A stretch of DNA of 63,503 nt, the filler included, from Sphaeroforma arctica JP610 (taxonomy: Eukaryota), in assembly GCF_001186125.1 (NCBI RefSeq). It is 7 parts of one record of this genome, joined end to end, with 100 filler letters (N's around TTAATTAATTAA, not from the genome) between each part and the next. Parts side by side here need not be neighbours in the genome. Positions count along the whole stretch, not along the records: positions 45,785 to 63,503 come from NW_014040532.1; 6 more parts are not named here. The stretch is one strand, 5' to 3'. Below are positions 53,050 to 63,503 of the stretch, in pieces (within the stretch, counting starts at the first letter, position 1; each line of letters opens with the position of its first letter). The position numbers and the translations under genes are program-made. The notes under the pieces were generated by a model. It did no database searches and had not been told where the DNA came from. It worked only from the letters and a program-made list of their open reading frames with translations.

Positions 53050-54150
53050 CTCAGCATCTCGATCTATGGACAATGTCGACTATGTCTGGTTATTTTTTAA
53101 ATTTTATACGGGCCTTTTCGATCTATAGGTATCGACTGTCTGGTTCTGTTTTCAACTGTAAGGCCTCTCGATCTATAGATATCGAATATGTGTGTTTCTG
53201 TTTTTTAACTGTACAGAGGCCTCTCGATCTGTAGATACCGACTATGTGTGGTTCGATTTTTTAACTGTACAGCTCTCGATCTATAGATATCGACTATGTC
53301 TGGTTGTATTTTAAACTGTAAGGCATCATGATTTATGAATATCGACTATGTTCGGTTCTGTTTTTGAACTGTAAGGCATCTCAACCTATGAATATCGACT
53401 TTGTCTGGTTCTGTTTTGATACAGTATGGCCTCTATGCAAATGGACTATGTCTAGTTCTCTCATGTTTCTGTAAAGCCTCTCGATCTATAGATGTCGACT
53501 ATGTCTGGTAGTGTTTATAACCGTAACGCCTCAAGACCTATGGACATCGACTATGTCTGGTTCTGTCATGGCATTGTGATGCCTCTCGATCTAAAGATAT
53601 TGACTTAATGTAATTCCATCTATGGATATCGACTATATTCGGTTCTGTCATGGTGCGGTAACGCCTCTTGATCAATAGGTATCGACTATGTCTAGTTCTG
53701 AATTTAACTCTAAAGGCATCTAGATCTATAGATCGACTATGTCTGGTTCTGTCATGGCATTGTTATGCCTCTCGATCTATAGATATTGACTATGTTCGGT
53801 CCTGTTTTTTAATTGCAATGCACTTTCATCTATGGATATCGACTATATTCGGTTCTGTCATGGTGCGGTAACGCCTCTTGATCAATAGGTATCGACTATG
53901 TCTAGTTCTGAATTTAACTCTAAAGGCATCTAGATCTATAGATCGGACTATGTCTGGATCTGCTTTTTAACTGTAAGGGTTTTGTAAGAAATCTGAATCT
54001 ATGGATATCGACTATGTCTGGTTCTATCTTGATACTGCAAGGCCTTTTGATCAATGGATATCGACTCCATTTGATTCTATCATGTTTCTGTATTAAAAGC
54101 CTCTCGATCTATAGATATCTACTATGTCTGATTTTTACTTCTAGTTGCAA
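53050..54150. repeat. ~59-bp diverged intergenic satellite with palindromic core
   Basis: Core CTCTCGATCTATAGATATCGACTATGTCTGGTTCTG, about 18 copies. Confidence 0.85.
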
Positions 54151-54439
54151 GGCATCTTTATTTATGCAAATCAAATATGTTTGGGTCCACCTTGTAAGTT
54201 GGAAGCCTAATGGGCGCAACACGAATAATCCAGTTTTGTTGCTCGAGCACAATGTTACATGCTTCCGTTCCACCATGTTTATATAATTGTTGTTGTGGAA
54301 TGCAGTATGCTATCATAGAATATGACAGTTTTCAGTTCGGAAGAAGTTTGCATTTATATAAACCTGCCTTAGGCTACAAAAGGCGTATGCGTATTCTAAT
54401 CATTGCATTCGATATAATTGATTGAGTTACAACGAAGAG

Positions 54440-55215
54440 AATTAGTTGACGTGTACTGTGGGGCCCTTCCACTCGTTGTCGTTGAAGTTATTACCATGTT
54501 GTCCAGCGAAATCGTATAGACTTAGTCAGTAATCATGTTGGATAGTTATATTATCCCTGAAATCGTATAGACTTAGTCAGTAATTATGTTGGATAGTTAT
54601 ATCTTCATCAAACACAACCTTGCCGTCAATTCGATGCCCGTGGACCAACGAGACCCTACAGTATAGAAAACCAACAGGTGTTGCAAGACTGTTCCCTAAG
54701 ATACCATACAACTCAATCTTGCCATCTTCATGGTGCATTTTGGTAGCTACGGCAACACCATTCGCTCAAATTGGCGTAACATCCTTCCTTGATATCCAGA
54801 GGACATACGGCCCCAGTGTGTGCTAACGTCATCGATAGCTTCGTTGTGGAAGAAATAACCTTCGAGCACCATCTCTGAGAATACCTTGCACGTTGTTAAC
54901 ATCACCTGAGTGCCATCTCACGTCAATTCATTCTATATAGACGGCACAGCCACCTGAGTGCTTGCTGGGCATTCACCAGGCTCATTGTGACCCTATAATT
55001 GCAACCGTCAGTCTCAAAGCCACGAGTGCAGAATCGTGATTTTCACCTCAAGATAGCCCACTTCCCGAAATCAAAACTCGCTTCCACAACGGCCATCGCA
55101 CCGCTGCAGCCTGATTGTGAACTCGATTGGTTCGTCGATTTTGTTCATACCAGCAAGGTAGATGATATCGCCATTTCCGGCCTTTTGAATTGCATATGAC
55201 AAACTGTCGCAGCAC
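54440..55215 (-). pseudogene. Decayed parallel beta-helix (pectin-lyase-like) protein relic
   Basis: Minus-strand fragments CDSLSYAIQKAGNGDIIYLAG (typical beta-helix N-cap), HSGGCAVYIE, FFHNEA, NGVAVA, broken by stops and frameshifts. Confidence 0.45.
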
Positions 55216-55867
55216 CTATTATTCACAACACGGTACCACTGCTTCTCATAATCGGATTTTCACTTTCGACTTTCTTCTTCAAACATTTAATGGTCGCGGG
55301 CTAAGGGGTACCGGGTGAACATTTTCAGTACTTTTTCTGACGTTACCGCACATAGTACATCGGCAACAATGCTGGTAATATAGGTACATATTTATGATAG
55401 CATCACACTGGAATAACATTTCATAGTTTTTATGGCGCATTTGAAAGGGGAGGTTGAGGAATCGTAATTGGAAGAGTTTGGCGCTGTTATGATAAGAGTC
55501 TTGCATCGAACTTCAGTGATAAGTATAGTTATATGACAGCTTGGACCACTACTAAAGTATCAAAAGCAATGATATTAGTATCAATGCTGAAGAACAGCTG
55601 AATATCCATTAACTATTGCACGGCCGTGGATATTCATTACTTTAGCAAAAGAGTTCGGTAAACTTGTGAAGATCGCAGTTTTGTAAGGCAGCACAGTTTA
55701 CCAGTGAAAATTCCAAAACCTCTAACTTCTTAACCTGTCAAGTGATATGATATTCAACTAGACTCTGTAACGCCGAAGGGGCAAGTGGCGCTGCAGAGAG
55801 AGTTGTCGAGGGTAGCACTGAACTACTCACAGCATTTGATCTAGTCTAGCAGCGATACTTAGTGAAT

Positions 55868-56470
55868 TTAGCTGCGGTAGTAGTCAATGTTGTACCGATC
55901 ACTGGTTGCGGCTACAGTGGAATTTACGGGAGCGGTGTTTACAGACGCAGTTGAGCTGGCAGGATTTGAAGCCGTGGTTGTCGCGGCGGTTGTATGTACA
56001 GGCTGACAGGAGTAATTTGTTGTCTGCCTAGTCTTCAAAGTAGCTGACAATGTGAATGTGGATGCCGCGCTTTTTATTGTAAACGCTGTGGAAGCCATAC
56101 CAATTTCTGAGTAGCGACGTATTGAATACCAACAACTTAAACCTGTAAACCGTAGGTGATGTCGATGTCGATGCCGATGCTGATGGCACTGGGGCAGCGG
56201 CTTGAGAGGCAGCAGACCAAGCGGTCGCTAGGTGGCGCAACCGACTGAGTTGGCGAGCAGGATGGCAAGGCCACAGTTGATTGCAATGCAGATTTGAAGG
56301 CACTGGTGATATTGATTTCGATAAGGACTGCGAAAGACACAATCGGAGTTGTGGGTTGCGACGGTGATTGAGACGGGAAGAAAACTATAGATTGCGACGG
56401 AGACTGCGATGAAACTGGCGACGCTGATTGAGTAGCAGCGACTACTGGTGCCACGGCAGGCGCGATCCTT
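55868..56470 (-). pseudogene. Decayed Ser/Thr/Pro/Ala-rich mucin-like coding relic
   Basis: Three overlapping frames each carry part of a low-complexity stalk (SQSPSQ.., ASASTSTSPT, TTAATTTASNPASST). Confidence 0.45.
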
Positions 56471-59400
56471 TGAAACTGCTCACTATGTCCTATTCTCTGC
56501 TTTCGATTTAATTTCGATGTCACCAGTTCCGAGAGAAGAAACATTGATAAACACCTCAGTATGGTACTTCGCAATCATAACATACAGCGCATATCGTTCT
56601 GAGGGTCGGAAATTTAAGCAGGCGATCATGCGTGATTACGCAACACAGCACGCCTCAACTACCACCACTTAGAATCTGTCAAATCTATACTTTCTGCTTG
56701 TAGGATGGCTGGCGCTTTGAAAATGGTCGTAAAATAGGTTCATTGTGGAGTAGAGATCCGGTGAGCAAGGCCAATACATGAACGTCAAAGAAGTCACCAT
56801 CGATATTGCTTAAGCTGAGTGCGACCGCCAAGAAGCAGCAGGCTATATCGGTCAGGTTTCCGAGATCAAAGCCTTCTATATTTATGACTTGTTTGCACTC
56901 GCGAAGTCGGGTAATAGAGCCAGGACAATGGATATAGTCACCACAGGTAGCAACCTGGCCGATAGCATAAAACTGACACCAGTCTCTTCACAGTGCCAAT
57001 GCTATCGGATTCGACCACTGCCCTAGCAGCAATACGACGCAGACTGGCAGCTGCAAGCCGATTGGCCAGCAGCACTCGCTCAACGTCCGGGAGCTCCCAA
57101 CTATGCGGTGGGATTATGGGGTGTTCCCTCGCCTAGACTAGGGAGTCTGATGAAGTACAACTGAACCTTCGATTCTATACAAACAATGGTCTCTGATTCT
57201 GAAGCAAATTTCACAGCAATATTTAATGGGAACCTCGCGCACTATGATGAAATTGCTTAAATACTGGCTTATCACAGACGATGGGACAAGGAGGTATGCC
57301 TGCTAGTGTTCCCCGGGATCAATGATGATAAACGTGCTTCGCCGGTTGAATTCACAGTAAACCCTGGCAGTATCGATTTGCACCCTGTGAATCAAAGTTC
57401 AATGGTGACCAATTATAGAGCCTGGCGAGTTTCACTAAGCCATAGACCTGGCCGAATCTTTGGGCGTTCAACTACCACCGTGGCGATTCGTGGCTGTTTC
57501 CGTCGACCTACGACCTTGGGAGGTGTCGATGTCTTTTCATACCAAGCATGGTTCAGTCTCAACGGCATCGCTGCTGGCATCGCTAGACAATACGATATCA
57601 AAACCAATCGTTATAAACGTATTGTGCCTGCACTGTTGCTACCAGTATATCGACCTGCAGCTCCGCGCTCCGATGCTATCAACCACGCTCAAGGAGAATA
57701 TGAATCGTCAGCAAGCTAAAACCCATAGTTATGCGATGATTATATAGAGCGAAGCCGTGACCGACGTAAACAGCTCAGCCCACATTGCGGTTACAACATT
57801 CGCAACAGGGCGAATAACTATGTTTTGTTTATGGTGGTTGGGCATAAGCCGTCTTCCGCTGCATGTGCCCTCGTATTTAACCTATGAATCAATTCAGCCC
57901 TTTGCCTGTGGGTTTCAGTCCCGTTCGACAAGATGATTTACACCACACTCGTTGGGAGAAAGCGCCACAACCGTACAGCCAACGCGTTTGCTTCACACGG
58001 CCGATTAATATACATGGAAGTCGTCGAGCTCTTGTCGTGACATCTCAAGCCTGCATTCGAGTTCATCGGTCATATAATACTTCGGTGCTACTCTATGATC
58101 TGCCCCAGGCCAGACTGAAATAGTACATAAGCGCAGCACAAGCAATTTCGGGCTGAAAGTCAATTTCACAGCTGCTGGTATTCTGTCACATCTTGTTGAT
58201 CCTCTGACATCTCACTCATATCGCAGAGGTTTTGTGGCTAGCGCAGTATCACTACATCGTGATGGGAATTGCGTTAAGTCATATGTTGCGGATATAATCC
58301 TACAAAGGGTACCTTGCTTCTATGGGCACTACGGTGGTTGAAACCACAAATAAAATGGTCGCAGAATTTAATATGCTATTTATGTCTTATCATCGTGCAT
58401 GGAATGACGTCCGTGAATTTATGGTTATCACTGATTATACTATCCCTAATAATACTATCACTGATTGCAGAATTCCAGACTTACAAGGCATTCCTTCAAA
58501 ATAGGTTTATCTTGCTTTTCTACGGGGTATGAAAGCGAGGAAACAGAAGGTCCACTGAACAGTCTGTTTATCTCACGTCCCACCCGCCTCTCCTTTTTTT
58601 TTATCTGTTCAGCTCTAAACAGGGCTCGAAGGAGTACCGATACGGTTTATCGTGGAAGAGATAGGACATCAGGAATAATACGCATATTTACGCATGAATT
58701 GGAATTTAAAACGTTCATATCAAACATTCACAACTATTAAAGGAATTTCCTTTTATTCATAGAGTTTAGACCGCGGTCCACGCAGAGACGCACATGCCTT
58801 TAAAAAGAATAAAAAAATGTAGAAAAGCCACTGCGGCCATCCATGGCATTCGATATAAAGCAGCATATCTCGTTCGAAAGTTAAGTACTACTTAATATTA
58901 TCCTCTAGAGGCTGCTTAATGCTTATCTTGTAGAATGCGATTATGTATATTTTTACACATACGAGGGTTGTTGAGAGCTGGAGGCATTAGAAGTTGGTGG
59001 TGTTTGATGCATTTTATCAGATCAGGTCGGTACCGATTACAACTTGCACTTTGCGCGGCCGCGTAAGTTTATGGGCATTGATTGTTATTGATTGATTAAG
59101 CTTACTAGTGCTACTTCGTCAATTGATTAAGCCTGGTAGTGTACTACTTCGTCAATTTTAAACAATCAGTGTTGTGAAATAAATCTAGTGCAGCAATTGA
59201 GATACTCAACCTATTTGCCAGCATAGTATGCCCTACAGGTTTTAGTGAGTCACGCTCTCACTCTACAGTGCGAGTGTGGTACTGCTAGCTGTCCAGTTTC
59301 CGTGACCTTTTTCAATCACTTTAAAACCTACGATTAGTAATGCTGCTGCATATTGTGCAATACCTATACCAGGGTTAATCTTGAAACTGCCCACTGTGTC

Positions 59401-59543
59401 CTGATACTCCTTTTTTTTCTGCTTTCGATTGAATTTCAATGTCACGAGTCCCGAGAGAAGAAACATTGATCAACACCTCAGTATGGTACTTCGCAATAAT
59501 CGACATGCAGCACATAATATTCTGAGGGTCGGAAATTTAAGCA
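56471..59543 (+). mobile_element. Putative non-autonomous LTR-like element (direct repeats 56471-56620 and 59382-59543) containing a decayed ORF
   Basis: Diverged 150/162-bp direct repeats, both TG...CA; flanks TCCTT / TCCAT (4 of 5 match); internal + strand frame 56760-57719 with 4 internal stops. Confidence 0.45.
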
Positions 59544-60331
59544 TCCATTCACGAACAATGGTTTCAGTTGAACCGACAGAGTAATGAAGTTTGCTATCAA
59601 AATGACAATGTACACCCCTACTTACTCAGATAGTGCTTCATTGATACCCGAATGCTCGGAACTGTTGTGGCAGAGTTCCAAACTCAATTCCCCGCCCCGA
59701 TTTGGTAATGTAGTAGCTATATGATCGTGAGCGTTCATTCCGACACTCATACTACAATCGTCATATAAAAGAGACTTTTTTTTATCTAAAAGTGACTAAA
59801 AATGCACACTTGCGTGTTTTGATGTAATGATCAGTGAGACTATATTGAAGCTTGTCCATGCCCTACACAGCACTAGCTGGCCTCAATAGTAAATATGACT
59901 GCATACCCCCTCATCATATGGCTATGTCTTGACCAACAAACACCCGACTTATAAAGTACTTAGGTCGAATCATATCAACGATATTGTTGCGATAGCAGGC
60001 GTTTCTCATTACAAGTGCACCTAAGTCAGTCGTGTGCGTCCGTGTATAATGCGAGCGTTCCGTTGGCCACTTCATCCGAACTGTGGTTACTAGTCGCCAG
60101 CAACGACTGTAGAAACATTCTAGAGACTGTTGCGGTATTGCGACTATCACGACAAGCATTCCTACGCCCCCTCATCATAGGACGAAACACCACACTGCTT
60201 AGCGTGAAAAATAGGATATTATGCAATCAGTATAGGCGCTACCGAATGTAATATAACATCAAATATGTGCTTAAAATGTTTTGAGTCTGCTAGGATAACA
60301 CGTGAGTTACAACCCCGATGGTGATATACTC

Positions 60332-63242
60332 TTATTTGAAGGTGACGATACCCGCCACGCAGTACAAGTATGCATGGACCTCCAAACGTAGTACACGAAT
60401 TGGAAGATCTTGAACATTTATAATCGAGCTAATCAAAGGCGACTGGGTGTCAACAGACCACAGAGATTCATTCAGACACAAGCAAAGCCAAATCACTCCA
60501 GAATACCATACGGGTATAAAACCCCCCAAGTGACCGAATACAAATACTGTCGTTGAATGGGCGGTACAAGTGAACCGTAGTTCCAATTGCCTACCTATGA
60601 AAAACAGAACAAAGACCGCAACTACTCCGCCGATCAGAAATTGAAGCTGTAGGGAGGACGCGAGCATGCAAAGGGTATAGAAATACAACAGGATGAGTAA
60701 CGGGACTGAGTTTGAGGATACAAGACGAATTTGAAGCCAATTCATCCAACAAACCAGTACACTCTGCAGAGCCGCATACTGTCAGCTGTACACCCCCGAC
60801 TTGTTCACCACAGAGGTTTGTTCCTGATGATATGCCGATAGCAGTGTGGATAGCAGGCGCTAATATAAATACATAAACCAATCAGATCGAGGGGTTGGCA
60901 ACCCAGCCATAGGCCTTCACACACTAGACCTTAACATAGACGGCACAGACCCGCTTCAATTAAATGTGTCGTTCGACTGTATGCATCAGAAAGATGCGAG
61001 TGCTAGTCAGTCCATCAGACACTTTGCAGAGAAAGATGAGATGGACAGCCGCGTGAGAATACAGTGCGACTACAGAGGCCTGCCAACTCCGCCATGAACA
61101 TAACAAGCGGAGTGACACTTTTCATAACGTATCCGAGTCAGATATACACATTGTGAGCCGGCAAACACTCAGAAACACTACATAGTAACACAAGCAATGT
61201 CTGTATACCACAGCGGTGCAATTAGGAAACGCCAGAGATCCACGGGCAAATAGAAAGGCAAGATCTAGCGCACGAGACGCTGAACATACCCTGATTTTCT
61301 GCCACCACATTTGTCTTCGCACTCGGTTGGACCCACTTCGGAAAGCTTCTGCACCCTCCATTAATCCCTCTGTATAGTTTGGGACCAAACGATGCCAATA
61401 AGTTTCGGTCATACTAAATAGCAATGCCGAGATGCACAATAGGTATAACATTTAAACATAGGTCTCCTTATCATAAAAATAATGTAGGTTCCCCAGAGAG
61501 TCAATCGCTATTTAGGTACAGAAATACCACATCCTCGCCACACTCATGGAGAGGAATATGCCGCTTAGTGACACACAGGCACCACGTGCACGTACGTCCT
61601 TCTCGTAACATTTGGCACAGAAGAAACACACCAAATCGACATATGTCCAGTACGGCCGTGTAAACGACTCACAACTGGCGACAACATCACACCATTAGAC
61701 TACGCAATGTACAAGACAGAATATGTGTATTGTCAGCCCATCTCAAAGGATGATAAAAATATATATTTTCTCGGGAACAACGTATATAGTCAGCCCATAT
61801 CAAAGGATGATAACACTATATCGTTGCTCGTGAACAGAATACCTATGAAGCGGTGTAAATGTGATGCTGTGGCAGTACAACATGTAGCCAATAGCTAGGT
61901 ACGCATACCTGATCTCTCCTCAATTTGTTCCAACCTATCGCCCCGATCTAATACCTTCCCTGTAGGTGTCATAGTTTACCAGAACAAGAGAAAACAGGTC
62001 AGAATTTTATCTGCGGCAGAACAGTGAGTGTACCGTTTGTTTAGCTTTGTAGAGACAGGTAACACATGTGCAAGTATACAAGAAAGACAAGGAATAAACC
62101 TTTATGTCAGCAGATTCAAGGGGGTGTAAAGTAAAATAAAATCCCGAACTGTCTAACAACTTTACCTACCAAGAAGAGCTATTTCTAAGCCAATGGGCGA
62201 AGCAACCCATGACCAGAGTACAAAAAGACAGTCATGATTACGCACATACCAATATTGTCTTTCATGACATCCACAACGGAGTCCACTCCCCGTTGCACTC
62301 GATTCATCCCACTCATACTTCTGTCGGTATCTCTAAACGACAATAGGTCGAACATAGAGGCGAGTGAACATCAACTATACTTAAAGAGCTTGAGGTGCTT
62401 ATATACGTATCCCTAAACAGTAACAGATCAAACATACCCTGTGATCGAACTCAACACGTGAGGAATATATTGATTCGTCAGTACTAAAGCGCAAGCAAGC
62501 GAAAACCATTCAAAAACACACTTCTGAATACTACAGTCAGCCGGTCTGCGGGTGACTGTTGGCAGCTAATTAGCATACTTCCGAATACACGCACATTGTC
62601 TGGAGTCGAAATAGCTTAAGCGCCAGCACCACAGATATGAAAGATTTACAGAAATGATTGCCCCCCACACACCACAATCCAATTATACAATCACTATTCG
62701 ACCCTAAATAGCACAATACTATTCGATATATGAATCTGTGTGAGCTCCTTTGCTCAGTTTCGGCGCTACAATAGCACGACTAGAGCACTTGTGCAACCTG
62801 GTGCAAAAAAGGCTTTTCCTACGTATACAATGCGACTTTCTATGTCACATGACAGACGCTACTTAAACTGTCAACTCATCGGTATACTCACAATTTGCGA
62901 CATGCCGTGAACATAAAGGTAATACCATAGCATCACAGATGCTACCTTTATGGGGTAGCCTATCATACAGTCCACCCAATCATCATCAAATGACAAGATT
63001 CCACACACACCACCTTCAGGATGAGCAATTACAAAGCACCTCACACACAGGTTAGGGCGTGAAATTTCAGCACTACACAACATACATTTGACAAGCATGA
63101 CATACAAAAGGGGATCATCGTCACTATCCTCTGCATCTCCGAATAAATCATCCTGTGTGGGGAGAGTGAATGAGCACCAGATGGACACGCAATGATGAGA
63201 TATACGCGTTTTGTATGCCGGAAATTCGAGGATTTCAGCCAT
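60332..63242 (-). CDS. R-SNARE, VAMP4-like synaptobrevin (start and extreme 3' end uncertain)
   Basis: Exons 63152-63106 (acidic DDLFGDAEDSDDDPLL), 62332-62250 (RVQRGVDSVVDVMKDNIG), 61959-61909 (KVLDRGDRLEQIEERS, R layer), 61369-61290 (AEAFRSGSNRVRRQMWW), 60646-60595 (TM LQFLIGGVVAVFVLFFI). Acidic N-terminus plus RRQMWW resembles VAMP4. Confidence 0.85.
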
Positions 63243-63503
63243 GTAAAATTTAGTTCAAGTTAAAGAAACATTGCAACAATAAACCTAAAAAAAAGAAAAT
63301 ATATACAATCAGACCCCTTCGATTCTCGCCAAGAATTCAAAATAGGAACACTATCGGCTATTTTGATCCGAGTGCGCGACAGAACAAATAACAAAGGCAC
63401 ACACACACCGTGACCAACCCTCCATTCTCAACCAAATTAATTTAAAAAAAATCACTCCGTAGCAGAATCGCCGACTCAATGTATACCAACGAAGTATAAC
63501 TAT

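Noticed and set aside
60332..60365. Possible non-canonical (GCG) acceptor for a final VAMP exon VAGIVTFK*
   Set aside because: A canonical in-phase ACGACAG acceptor near 60547 completes the TM helix, so no unusual splice site is needed.

Overview
Eukaryotic (protist-like) draft genomic scaffold with GT-AG introns, standard genetic code, several N-gaps and very repeat-rich introns. Spliced genes reconstructed by hand: a complete 10-exon M1 aminopeptidase/leukotriene A4 hydrolase-like gene (+), an HhH-GPD/AlkA-like DNA glycosylase (+), a PH + coiled-coil + FFAT-like + CRAL-TRIO/Sec14 lipid-transfer protein (-), a membrane-anchored family II (DHH/DHHA2) pyrophosphatase-like gene with a duplicated last exon (+), a small ankyrin-repeat gene (+), MO25/CAB39 (+) and a VAMP4-like R-SNARE (-). 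Also present: a frameshifted intronless C2H2 zinc-finger gene, two intron-containing tRNA-Tyr(GTA) genes with an unusual A53-U61 pair, decayed surface-protein relics, and a ~3.1 kb TG...CA direct-repeat-bounded element carrying a decayed ORF of unknown, possibly viral, origin. Many introns are expanded by tandem repeats that start at, and copy, splice sites; short telomere-like TTT(T)AGGG tracts are frequent in the left 41.5 kb. Exon boundaries and family calls come from manual translation and motif recall, not database searches.
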